Source: Nanobdellota archaeon (GTDB taxonomy: Archaea > Nanobdellota > Nanobdellia > Woesearchaeales > GW2011-AR4). From it: DNA of 64,000 bases. Made by a program: the position numbers and the translations under genes. Shown one piece after another: positions 18,009 to 27,110 of the stretch. The DNA is taken from positions 32,001 through 96,000 of the forward strand of contig JBBSWH010000006.1 in NCBI GenBank assembly GCA_038046385.1. The letters run 5' to 3'. The notes under the pieces were generated by a model. That model was not told the DNA's origin, ran no database searches, and was given only the letters and a program-made list of their open reading frames with translations. How positions within the stretch are numbered: position 1 is the stretch's first letter; each line of letters begins with the position of its first letter.

Positions 18009-18977
18009 ATGGAATATGTAAACGGAATTAAATACAACTTATCTGAATATAATTGCAGATGTCCTGTATGCGATAAGCCGCATAATAATGATAAATGCCT
18101 TGCTGACCATATATTCCATAGGAATCTAAGAGACCCTGAGCATTTCAAACTCGCTAAATTTTTAAGGAAGATGTACGAATATAAATTCTTACAAAAAGCT
18201 AAAAAGAAATGTCCAGTATGCAATAAACTCTGTTCAAGAAATTTAGGCGGGCATCTTGTTCGAGTGCATAAATATTTTTATGAAGAGCAGAAGAACCTTG
18301 CGATTAAATATTTTTTAGACAATAAATCCCCGCCTGAAATAGAAAAATTAGATGGAATTTATTTAAATAAGAGAACAATTTTTAACCATCTAAATAGAAA
18401 ATTGGGGCATGTAAAATTCCTAACTATTTCGAAAGCTATATTCAGCCAAAAAAGAAAAAATTACTGGAAATCTTTTTCGAAAGAAGAACGCAAAAATAAA
18501 ATGGGATTGGTAAGGCATGCTGAATGGGGCAACTTAACTTCTGAGCAAAGAAAAAAACATCCTTGGGTTATAGCTGGAAGAAAAGCTTCTTTGGAATCCA
18601 GCATCAGAGGCTCCAGAAACCAAAAATATGCCTTTGAATTGTTAAAGTCAATACTTCCAGAATACAACTGGGTTTACAATTATGCCATAGACGATAACTG
18701 GCAGATAGATATAGCAGCTCCTGAACGTAGGATATTCATTGAGTGGGACGGCAGGCACCACAGGATACCAATACATGGTGAAGGTTGTCTCAATAACAGA
18801 AAGAATAGAGATAAAAGAAAGGATAAAATTATTCTAGAAAAGTTTGGTGTACCTATAATAAGAATTGAAGATGAAGGGAGATTTAATAAGATATTTGTAG
18901 AAGAAAAAATAGGCCGTATAATTGGTATATTGAATAGAAAATTAGTTGTTAATGTAATTTCTTTGAATAAATCGTAA
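18009..18977 (+). CDS. Zn-finger plus Vsr/DUF559-like (PD-(D/E)xK) endonuclease, homing-endonuclease-like
   Basis: Two CPVC..H..H fingers; IDIA......IEWDG.HH and RD..KD...IIRI nuclease motifs; GAGGT SD. Confidence 0.75.
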   Translation: MEYVNGIKYNLSEYNCRCPVCDKPHNNDKCLADHIFHRNLRDPEHFKLAKFLRKMYEYKFLQKAKKKCPVCNKLCSRNLGGHLVRVHKYFYEEQKNLAIKYFLDNKSPPEIEKLDGIYLNKRTIFNHLNRKLGHVKFLTISKAIFSQKRKNYWKSFSKEERKNKMGLVRHAEWGNLTSEQRKKHPWVIAGRKASLESSIRGSRNQKYAFELLKSILPEYNWVYNYAIDDNWQIDIAAPERRIFIEWDGRHHRIPIHGEGCLNNRKNRDKRKDKIILEKFGVPIIRIEDEGRFNKIFVEEKIGRIIGILNRKLVVNVISLNKS

Positions 18978-19009
18978 AGTTTAAAATAAGATTTGATTTA
19001 GATGATAAT

Positions 19010-19168
19010 GTGGCAATTGATACTTATATAATAGCTGCAATAGTGGCTTTCTTTATAGCAGCACAAATATATCTAAAGAAACATAGAGGGAAAAACTGGC
19101 AGAGAGAATATCTGAATAACAAAAAAGAGTATATCGAGAAAAATTATCCTAAAGGACCCAAAAAATAG
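19010..19168 (+). CDS. Small single-TM protein (52 aa, GTG start)
   Basis: MAIDTYIIAAIVAFFIAAQIYLKKH...; start 30 nt after TTTAAAAT; not in the ORF track. Confidence 0.55.
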   Translation: MAIDTYIIAAIVAFFIAAQIYLKKHRGKNWQREYLNNKKEYIEKNYPKGPKK

Positions 19169-19180
19169 CTATGTTCAAAT

Positions 19181-19321
19181 TCAAATCTTCTTTATAATAT
19201 GAATATTGACGCTGAACGAATGCCCGCAATAAACGCACCTTTTTTTCTTTTTGATTAAACTAGTGTCAGCATTCTGATATTTCATCCTGTTGCTGCACTT
19301 TGGGCATTGCAAAAGAAACAT
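19181..19321 (-). CDS. Small Zn-ribbon protein (46 aa)
   Basis: MFLLQCPKC...KKKRCVYCGHSF; directly follows scpB; not in the ORF track. Confidence 0.75.
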   Translation of the reverse strand: MFLLQCPKCSNRMKYQNADTSLIKKKKRCVYCGHSFSVNIHIIKKI

Positions 19322-19326
19322 TTCAA

Positions 19327-20319
19327 TCACTGCCCTTCATTATGAACCGGGGGCCTTGGCTGGCCTGCGCTTTCAGGGTGAACAATCTTCTCAACCTTTT
19401 CATCAACAATTTTTTCCATTTCAGGAGTTAATTTTATTCCCTCGCTTTTTTTCTTCTGTTTTTTGTGAACTTGATTTTGGCTTGCTTCTGGAACGCTCGA
19501 ATCTATTTTAGTTTCTACTTGTTCGTTTGCTCCTTTTTCTTTTGTTTCCTCTTCTTTTATTTCGCTTTTTGATTTTTCATAAACTTCAAGATTATCCAAT
19601 TTTTCTGTGTCAACTATAACTTCTGCTTCTGCTGAAGTTTCTTCTTTCTTTCCGTACGCTTCAACCGGAATCTTGTAATCAATGTCAGCGTCATCAAGGC
19701 TTTCTATTTCCTGCTTGATATTTTCATCTTCTTTCTTAAGGTCTTCGGCTCTTTTTCTCTGGTCTTCTTTTATTCTTTTTACGTCTTCTTCCTTGCCTTT
19801 GATTTCTGTTGCAATGCTGGCAAAGTCCTTGAATTTTTCCCTTAGGTTTTCTTCTGTAAGATCAAAATACTTGAAGAATTTGTCAGTCAATTTTATTAAA
19901 TTAGTGCGGCCGCGCTTCTGCCTCGATATATAGCCTGATTTTTCCAGCTCAACAAGATGGTCATATGCCTTGTTTGTTCTTAATTTTATCAAATCAGACT
20001 GCAATATAGGATATTTGAATGCTATGACTGCAAGCGTTTCCATAACGCTTCTTGTAAGCTCTGTTTCTGTCACAATCTTCCTGACCATTGGAATAAAATG
20101 GTCTCTTATCGTAAATTTCCAGAATTCTCCTTCCTGCACAAGCATTAAGCTTGACTGCTTTGACTCATACTCGCCTTGAAGCTCTTCCAATGCCTGCTGA
20201 ACTTCTTCTTTTCTAGAACGGCACAGCTTGCTTACTTCTTCAAGGGCCATTCTATGCCCTGATGAGAAAAGAACAGCTTCTGCCCTGCTTTTGACACTTG
20301 TTTTTTTTAAGTCTATCAT
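19327..20319 (-). CDS. scpB: SMC-ScpAB subunit ScpB with long charged tail
   Basis: AEAVLFS, L....METLAVIA...PI.QSDL...R, T.KF..YF. Confidence 0.88.
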   Translation of the reverse strand: MIDLKKTSVKSRAEAVLFSSGHRMALEEVSKLCRSRKEEVQQALEELQGEYESKQSSLMLVQEGEFWKFTIRDHFIPMVRKIVTETELTRSVMETLAVIAFKYPILQSDLIKLRTNKAYDHLVELEKSGYISRQKRGRTNLIKLTDKFFKYFDLTEENLREKFKDFASIATEIKGKEEDVKRIKEDQRKRAEDLKKEDENIKQEIESLDDADIDYKIPVEAYGKKEETSAEAEVIVDTEKLDNLEVYEKSKSEIKEEETKEKGANEQVETKIDSSVPEASQNQVHKKQKKKSEGIKLTPEMEKIVDEKVEKIVHPESAGQPRPPVHNEGQ

Positions 20320-20888
20320 GCCAATGAATAGATTTCCTTCTCTTTTTTAATTTTGTTTTCCTTGAGAAGATTGCCAAGAAACATTTCAAGCTCTTTCATG
20401 TGTATTCCTGTTATTTTTGAAAGCTGCTCTGCTGTAAAAGAGTTTACCTTGAGGCAAATTAAAATTGAGTTGTGGATTATTGCCTGCATGTTTTTTTTGA
20501 GGAAATCATTTTCTGACTTCTGCTTCTTTACTACCATGTCAACATTATGCAGCCTTGCCTGCAGATCATTCAGGAAGTTTGACAGTTCCCTGTCTGACAT
20601 TGTAAAATGCTCCGGCTTTAATATGTCGATTGATGACGGCATGTATTCAAAACAGAATCCAATAAGCTTCTTTGTTCCTTTTATTACCAGTTCAAGCTCA
20701 ACAAACCCTGTCCATAGGCTTTCTTTTTCCTCAATATCAGAATAATGCTCGTTAAGGATTACAAGCTCTGAATCTTCCTTTATGTGCTCTATGTATTTAT
20801 TCAAAGAATCCTGCACGTATTCTTTTGGCTTTCCGAGGACTTCTATTATTGTCCTGCACCTTATGTGATCTAATTTCATGTTTGGCAT
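20316..20888 (-). CDS. Conserved archaeal hypothetical protein (HTH-like C-terminus)
   Basis: IIEVLGKPKE, F.YMPSSI.I..P; overlaps the scpB start. Confidence 0.75.
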   Translation of the reverse strand: MPNMKLDHIRCRTIIEVLGKPKEYVQDSLNKYIEHIKEDSELVILNEHYSDIEEKESLWTGFVELELVIKGTKKLIGFCFEYMPSSIDILKPEHFTMSDRELSNFLNDLQARLHNVDMVVKKQKSENDFLKKNMQAIIHNSILICLKVNSFTAEQLSKITGIHMKELEMFLGNLLKENKIKKEKEIYSLA

Positions 20889-21064
20889 GGCTGTTCAGAA
20901 AGGATATTCCTTTAAAAGGTTTTTGGGTGGTTTTGGTTTTTTGAAGTGTTGTTATGCTTTATTTTCATATATAATTTTTTAACACCATATTAAACAGCCA
21001 CTATTATGTAATGCTCACAAAAGTTTTAATAAAAAACAGTTAATATAGTGTATAGGTGCACTTA

Positions 21065-21685
21065 GTGGGTTTTTTAAAGTTCTTGAAAAAGGAAAGGGGA
21101 AGGGAATCTATAGATGAATTAGATTTACCTCCGGCACCGCCGCCATTAGACGGGTTTGATGACAAGGATAGGGGGATGGATTTTCCTGATATAAAAATGG
21201 ATGACATGTCAAAAGACATGCCGGACTTTGATTTTCCTGATAAGGCTCCTGAAAGCACGCATCCTGATGACAAAATGGATTTTGGCTTTGATGATGACCA
21301 GATAAAAATGCCTGATGCTCCCGCTTTCCAGCAGCCTATGCAGCAGGAAAGGCATTCTTATAATGAACCGGGACTGCAGGCTGAAGCAATGCCTGCACCA
21401 AGAATTGTGCAAAAGCCTGCTGTTGATTTTGAGCCAAAACATGCAAAGCCGCTGCACGAGGATGCAAGAAGCAGAACAATGTATGTCAGAGTTGACAAAT
21501 TCAGGCTCCTATTGGGAACAATAAATGTTGTGAGAAGCGACTTGAGAAAATCAGATGAAGCACTGATGAAGCTTGAGAGCATGAAGACGAATGTTGACAG
21601 GTCTTTTGACAAAATGAAAGCTTCGCTTCACGATTTGCAGAAGAAACTTATTTTCGTTGACAAAACTTTATTCAAAGGTGATTAA
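21065..21685 (+). CDS. Hypothetical protein: amphipathic N-terminus, PPP motif, coiled-coil C-terminus
   Basis: Likely GTG start at 21065 after AGGTG SD. Confidence 0.7.
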   Translation: MGFLKFLKKERGRESIDELDLPPAPPPLDGFDDKDRGMDFPDIKMDDMSKDMPDFDFPDKAPESTHPDDKMDFGFDDDQIKMPDAPAFQQPMQQERHSYNEPGLQAEAMPAPRIVQKPAVDFEPKHAKPLHEDARSRTMYVRVDKFRLLLGTINVVRSDLRKSDEALMKLESMKTNVDRSFDKMKASLHDLQKKLIFVDKTLFKGD

Positions 21686-21687
21686 AA

Positions 21688-21921
21688 ATGAAGGAAAGAG
21701 GAGCGCCTGTTTTCGTGAAAGTCGAGGAGTACAAGGATATACTTGACACGCTGGACATGATAAGGGACAAAGTAAGAGAAATAAAAGAAACCCTCGGCGA
21801 GATAGACGGGCTAAGGGAAGAGGAAGGATCAGAGCTTTCGATGTGGCGCAGTGTAATAAGCGACATAGAAAAAAAAGTTGAAAATATTGACAGAGTGATG
21901 TACGAGCCTGAACAATTATGA
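21688..21921 (+). CDS. Small coiled-coil protein, similar to the upstream gene's C-terminus
   Basis: GGTGAT SD; FVKVEEY...LDMIR. Confidence 0.8.
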   Translation: MKERGAPVFVKVEEYKDILDTLDMIRDKVREIKETLGEIDGLREEEGSELSMWRSVISDIEKKVENIDRVMYEPEQL

Positions 21922-22310
21922 TAAAGAAGCCGCAGAAGGAAGAATATTTTGTAGAAATAAAAGATCCTAATGAGGTCAGAAGGCATGTACTTGAAGCGCT
22001 GAAGGATATTCTTGAAGTAATGCACCAGTTTGAGAAATTAAGACAAATAAGACACAAGAAATTAGAAGCAGTTCAGAAATTAAGGGCATCAATGAGGGCT
22101 GCAAACAGGATGATGGGAGATTTAAAATCGATGCTTCCGCAGACGAGCATGAAGCCTGCTGCTGTTGCTGAAGAGCCGAAGAAGCCAAAACACCATGCAA
22201 AGAAGAAAGTTCCCCATGAAGAAAAGCCACAGAAAAAAGAATTGACTGAGCTGGAAAAGCTTGAAGCGGAATTAAACGCGATTGAAGGCAAACTTAAGGG
22301 TTTGAATTAG
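21918..22310 (+). CDS. Coiled-coil hypothetical protein
   Basis: ATGA overlap with the previous gene; YFVEI motif. Confidence 0.75.
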   Translation: MIKKPQKEEYFVEIKDPNEVRRHVLEALKDILEVMHQFEKLRQIRHKKLEAVQKLRASMRAANRMMGDLKSMLPQTSMKPAAVAEEPKKPKHHAKKKVPHEEKPQKKELTELEKLEAELNAIEGKLKGLN

Positions 22311-22365
22311 AAGATTTCTATTATTTTAAATTAATTTTTAGTTATTGTTTTTGTGATTTTAATTT

Positions 22366-22500
22366 TCCGTGCACTAAAAAATGCCTTGCATTTTTGGTGC
22401 CACAAAAATTCTTTTGGAATTTTTTATGGCTTCGCACAGATTTTACAGCTCGCTGGCACCATAACCAGCTCGCCATACATTGTAATCGCAGCGCTTCGCC
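22366..22500. repeat. Multi-hairpin intergenic palindrome with TC/TC internal-loop module
   Basis: AAAAATGC-CTT-GCATTTTT; AAAAATTC/GAATTTTT; TTACA-GC-TC-GCTGG...CCAGC-TC-GC-(7 nt)-TGTAA at 22443-22485. Confidence 0.6.
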
Positions 22501-22555
22501 TATACATCACAATATACATAACGTTTTTAAAGCAAAATCTTATCCTAAGCTCTAT

Positions 22556-22680
22556 GCGGGGATGCCGGAGTGGCCAAACGGGACAGACTCAAGTGGGTAC
22601 CTATTTTAGGTCATGCGGAGTAAATTCCTAAGTTATCTGTTAGCTTAGTGCTTACGCAGGTTCGAATCCTGCTCCCCGCA
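22556..22680 (+). tRNA. tRNA-Leu(CAA) with 41-nt intron at 37/38 (22594-22634)
   Basis: GCGGGGA/TCCCCGC acceptor stem, ACAGA-CT-CAA-G|intron|A-TCTGT, variable arm, GGTTCGAATCC. Confidence 0.92.
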
Positions 22681-22724
22681 TATTTTACATAACGTTTTTA
22701 AACCCCCATCCCAATTTTTCCTGA

Positions 22725-24053
22725 ATGATTGAAATATGCACCATAGGCGGCTATAACGAAGTCGGCAAGAATTCTACTGCGATAAAGGTTGATGATGAAG
22801 TTTACCTTATTGATTTGGGATTGCACCTTGAGAGCTACATAAAATACCATGAAGATGATGACAGAGTAGTTCCGACTGGAAAAGAGCTTATGAGGGTAGG
22901 GGCTGTACCTGACATTTCTGCAATTGACGACTGGAAAAAGGAGGTAAAATATGTCATGCCAACGCATGCGCATCTTGACCACGTTGGGGCTGTCCCGTAC
23001 CTTGCAAACAATTTCAATGCTCCTGTGATGTGCACGCCATTTACTTCTGAAGTGCTTAAAGGAATACTGGAAGATGATGAAATAAAATTAAACAACCCAA
23101 TAAAAAGCATGAGCGCAAATTCAATGGTTGACGCGTCAAGCAATGTAAAAATTGAGTTTGTCCACACAACTCATTCAACTCCTCAAACCGTGATGATTGC
23201 GCTTCACACAAGAAAAGGAGTTATACTTTATGCAAACGACTTCAAGCTCGATATGTTTCCAACGCTCGGAAAAAAGCCAAATTTCAAAAGATTAGAAGAA
23301 CTTGGAAAAAAAGGTGTTCTGGCATTGATATGTGATTCAACTTATGCGCCTTTGCCGGCAAAAACTCCTTCAGAATCTGTTGCGAAGCAGATGCTTAGGG
23401 AAGTAATGCTTGACCTTGATTCAAGAAACAAGCATGTTGTTGTCACGACATTTTCATCCCATATTGCAAGGCTTAACTCTATTGTTGAATTTGGGCAGAA
23501 GATGGGAAGAAAAGTTGTTTTCATGGGGCGCTCGATGGCAAAATACGTGAAGGCAGCAGAGAACACAGGCATTGCAAACTTTTCCGACAGGGTTGAGATA
23601 TTAAAGTACAGCAACCAGGTAAAAAGAAAACTAAAGAAGATTTCAAAGGAAAGGGGAAAATATCTAATGGTTGCAACCGGCCATCAGGGAGAGCCAAGAT
23701 CTGTTCTTTCAAAGATGATGAACAAGGAATTAAAGTTCAATTTCATGCCGGAGGATCACATAATCTTTTCTTGCAAAACAATTCCCAGCAAAACAAACAT
23801 AGAGAACAGGCAAAAGCTTGAAGCGAGCCTAAAAGCGCAGAATGTCAGGATTTTCAAAGATGTTCACGTAAGCGGGCATGCTGCAAGGGAAGATTTGAGG
23901 GAATTGGTAAAAATACTAAAGCCAAAGAACATAATCCCTGCGCACGGAGAGCCGAAGATGCTTTCATCCATGGCGGACTTGGCAGAAGAGCTTGGATACA
24001 AAAGAGGGAATAATGTCCATATTATGAAGAATGCCCAAAGAATAAAAATATAA
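22725..24053 (+). CDS. rnj: Ribonuclease J (beta-CASP metallo-beta-lactamase)
   Basis: GGYNEVGKN, THAHLDH, HSTP, FSSHIAR, GHQGEP, HVSGHA, PAHG. Confidence 0.95.
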   Translation: MIEICTIGGYNEVGKNSTAIKVDDEVYLIDLGLHLESYIKYHEDDDRVVPTGKELMRVGAVPDISAIDDWKKEVKYVMPTHAHLDHVGAVPYLANNFNAPVMCTPFTSEVLKGILEDDEIKLNNPIKSMSANSMVDASSNVKIEFVHTTHSTPQTVMIALHTRKGVILYANDFKLDMFPTLGKKPNFKRLEELGKKGVLALICDSTYAPLPAKTPSESVAKQMLREVMLDLDSRNKHVVVTTFSSHIARLNSIVEFGQKMGRKVVFMGRSMAKYVKAAENTGIANFSDRVEILKYSNQVKRKLKKISKERGKYLMVATGHQGEPRSVLSKMMNKELKFNFMPEDHIIFSCKTIPSKTNIENRQKLEASLKAQNVRIFKDVHVSGHAAREDLRELVKILKPKNIIPAHGEPKMLSSMADLAEELGYKRGNNVHIMKNAQRIKI

Positions 24054-24144
24054 ATAAATTATGTTGATTTTCTTCGAGGAATAAATGCCATTAAATTTAA
24101 AGTTTAGCAATCTATTTAAAACGCTTAAATAATTTAATGACAAA

Positions 24145-25263
24145 ATGTGTTTTCCAAAAAAAAAATCTCAGGCAGCACTTGAATTCTTGACAACGTATGG
24201 GTGGGCTTTTTTGATCATATTGATTATGATAGGCGCCTTGTCTTATTTTGGAATATTGAGCCCGAGCAAACTTCTGCCAAACAGGTGCAACTTTGGGCCG
24301 GAAATCGGGTGTGTGGATTATTCTATTTCAAGCAACGGGCTGCAATTAAGGTTGAAAAACAACGCAGGTTCCCCTATTATAGTTGATGCATTAAATATGA
24401 CGACTGCAAATTCTATTCAATTAGGCTGCGCATCCAATATAATTGGATCTGTGTGGCGCACAGGGGAAACAAAAGACGTCCCGATAATATGTGGATTTGC
24501 AAATTTCGGCCTTGTTTCCGGCGAAAAGTCAAAATTAAACTTAAGAATGACATATCATCAGGCACAAAGCTCGAGCCTGTTCGGCAAGGATGCAAGCGGG
24601 GAAGTTCTTGCCAATGTGCAATACGGATCTGTGGCCGGAACTCAATCTGTGCCGTTGGGGGCTTCCTGCAAGCAAATTTTGGATGGGGGCATGTCAAACG
24701 GCAACGGGACATACACCATAAACCCGGGAAACGGCAATATACAAGTATATTGTGACATGACAAATGACGACGGTGGGTGGACATTGGGGCTTGTGTGCAA
24801 AGCTTCAAATAATGTATGCTGGAATACTGCTGCAATAGGCTCTGTTACAAACCCAAATTCTGCAACAAGTGCAAAGCTGTCTGATGCTGACATAAAATCG
24901 ATAATGACAAGTGGGGACAATTACACCAGAACGTCGTGGTATCAGGTGCCAACTATGTATGACGTGCCAGGGACTTACACTGCTGCAGTCTATGACAGGA
25001 TAACTAATCCAAATATTTGGTCGTCTACGGGCTGCGGTTCGGCAGGCAATGAATTTTACTACAAAAGTTCTTATGCAGCAGGATGGGGATCTGCAATTTA
25101 TACTGCAAGCACCGGATGCTCATGCGCATCAAACGGATGGTCAAATACAAGACAGGATTCATGCGGGATTGACTGGTATGCCAGCTGCGAATCTGGCCCA
25201 TCAATGAGCCATTGCTGTGCTTGTGCTGTTGAAAGGGCAGATATAGTAGTTTGGTTAAGATAG
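24145..25263 (+). CDS. Type IV pilin-like protein (class III signal) with fibrinogen-like and Cys-rich C-terminus
   Basis: KKSQ-AALEFL plus hydrophobic stretch; SCKQI...GTYTINP...VYCDMT..GGWTL. Confidence 0.8.
   Translation: MCFPKKKSQAALEFLTTYGWAFLIILIMIGALSYFGILSPSKLLPNRCNFGPEIGCVDYSISSNGLQLRLKNNAGSPIIVDALNMTTANSIQLGCASNIIGSVWRTGETKDVPIICGFANFGLVSGEKSKLNLRMTYHQAQSSSLFGKDASGEVLANVQYGSVAGTQSVPLGASCKQILDGGMSNGNGTYTINPGNGNIQVYCDMTNDDGGWTLGLVCKASNNVCWNTAAIGSVTNPNSATSAKLSDADIKSIMTSGDNYTRTSWYQVPTMYDVPGTYTAAVYDRITNPNIWSSTGCGSAGNEFYYKSSYAAGWGSAIYTASTGCSCASNGWSNTRQDSCGIDWYASCESGPSMSHCCACAVERADIVVWLR
24158..24321 (+). repeat. 164-bp perfect direct repeat, copy 1
   Basis: Identical to 25295-25458 by manual comparison. 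Confidence 0.92.
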
Positions 25264-25290
25264 TTGTTAGAAATTAAAATATGAAAAGAA

Positions 25291-26250
25291 ATGGAAAAAA
25301 AATCTCAGGCAGCACTTGAATTCTTGACAACGTATGGGTGGGCTTTTTTGATCATATTGATTATGATAGGCGCCTTGTCTTATTTTGGAATATTGAGCCC
25401 GAGCAAACTTCTGCCAAACAGGTGCAACTTTGGGCCGGAAATCGGGTGTGTGGATTATATGATTATTGGTAATGGAATACGCTTAAGGCTTAAAAATAAT
25501 GTTGGCGAAGCTATAATTTTAGATTATTTAAACGCGTCAACTAAAAAACAGCAAATAATATGCGGCTCTTCGGTTATAGGCACTGCATGGCGCCAAGGAG
25601 GTATAATAGATATCCCGGTAGTTTGTGATCTTACCAATTCTGGAATAATCCAAGGTGAAAAAAATAAAATTGATTTGATGATGACTTATCATCCTATAAG
25701 AAGTGGGCCTAATTATGCCAAAGATGTTCAGGGTGAGGTTTATTCTGGCTCAATGAGCAGCTTTTTTCTTGGGGGTCTTCTGCAAAACAACGATTTCGAA
25801 GTTGACTCTGGAGTAAACTTTGGCGGAGGGGACACAATTGCCGGCAATAACATACCTGATGGATGGGGCTGTGGCAATCAGGGTGGCACTGGATCATGGA
25901 CATTAAATCCCGATTCTCATAGTGGTGGCAAGTCATTAATGCTTACAGCCGGCACAAGCTTTTGGGTTGCATGCTACCAACAGTACATACCCGTTTACGC
26001 TGGCAGAACTTATAAAGCATTTGGATATTATAAATGTCCTGCTGGCCAATCTGTTCAAATGTTTTTTGGGGATGATATAACTTATGGATTAAATGCTGCT
26101 GGTGGTTCTTGGCTTTGTGATGGAACATGGCAAGTCATGAGTGTTACTTTTACTCCACCTAACCCAGTAAGAATGGCGTTATATGTGTATGGTCAAGATA
26201 GCCCTGGCGGGGCTAAGTATGATGATATATCCGTATCACTGCTGTCTTAA
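25291..26250 (+). CDS. Type IV pilin-like protein with carbohydrate-binding (CBM4/9-like) C-terminus
   Basis: Same class III signal; LLQNNDFE...PDGW...HSG.KSL...GRTY...W...S.TF...YDDISV. Confidence 0.8.
   Translation: MEKKSQAALEFLTTYGWAFLIILIMIGALSYFGILSPSKLLPNRCNFGPEIGCVDYMIIGNGIRLRLKNNVGEAIILDYLNASTKKQQIICGSSVIGTAWRQGGIIDIPVVCDLTNSGIIQGEKNKIDLMMTYHPIRSGPNYAKDVQGEVYSGSMSSFFLGGLLQNNDFEVDSGVNFGGGDTIAGNNIPDGWGCGNQGGTGSWTLNPDSHSGGKSLMLTAGTSFWVACYQQYIPVYAGRTYKAFGYYKCPAGQSVQMFFGDDITYGLNAAGGSWLCDGTWQVMSVTFTPPNPVRMALYVYGQDSPGGAKYDDISVSLLS
25295..25458 (+). repeat. 164-bp perfect direct repeat, copy 2
   Basis: Identical to 24158-24321. Confidence 0.92.
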
Positions 26251-26327
26251 TTGAACTGTTGCTATTAAAACCATAAAGCATTTAAATAGGGATAGATAAC
26301 TTTTATTTATATTTGGGGGTTAAATAA

Positions 26328-27074
26328 ATGAGACTTACTTTAGCAGAACCGAGCTATCTGAAAGAGAGCATTTCAATAATTTCTGATTTAGTCAATGAAG
26401 CTAGGTTTAAGATAACACCTAACGCAATAGAGCTTGTTGCAATGGATCCGGCAAACGTTGCCATGGTTGTTTTCAAGCTGCTGAGCAGCTGCTTTGTTGA
26501 GTATGATGTCAAAAAAGACGTTGAGCTTGGCATAAATCTTGCAAATTTAAAGCAGGTTTTGAGAAGGGCTTCTCCAAAGGACATGCTGACCCTTGAATTG
26601 GATGAGGATAACAGGCTGAAAATAACGCTTAAGAGCAGCACAACAAGGACATTCAACCTTCCAATCATAGAGCTTGAGGAAAAAGACCAGAAAGTTCCTG
26701 ATCTGAAGTTTGCAGTTGTCATAAAGACTTCATCTTCTTTATTAAATGAGTCAATTGCAGATGTTGATGTTGTCGGAGAGAGTGTTGCGTTCATAGCAGA
26801 ACCTAAGAAGTTTATACTACAGGCAGAAGGCGACCTTAACAGGGCAAGGATAGAGATAAAAGATGATGAAGTTACAAAAATATCTGTTACCGGCGATGAA
26901 AAGCACAAGGCGAAATACAGCATTGAGTACCTTAAGAAGATGATAAACGGATCAAAATTAAGCAACGAAGTTTCTATTTATTTCAGCAAAGATTATCCTT
27001 TAAAGCTGGAGTACAAGACAGTTGACAAAGTAATGCTTTCATTCATTCTTGCTCCAAGAGTGGAGAACGATTAA
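26328..27074 (+). CDS. pcn: PCNA sliding clamp
   Basis: AMDPANVAMV, YSIEYLKK, DYPLKL, FILAPR. Confidence 0.97.
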   Translation: MRLTLAEPSYLKESISIISDLVNEARFKITPNAIELVAMDPANVAMVVFKLLSSCFVEYDVKKDVELGINLANLKQVLRRASPKDMLTLELDEDNRLKITLKSSTTRTFNLPIIELEEKDQKVPDLKFAVVIKTSSSLLNESIADVDVVGESVAFIAEPKKFILQAEGDLNRARIEIKDDEVTKISVTGDEKHKAKYSIEYLKKMINGSKLSNEVSIYFSKDYPLKLEYKTVDKVMLSFILAPRVEND

Positions 27075-27110
27075 CGCCTTCCCGCACTGCCAAGATGAAG
27101 AGGTTGAAGC

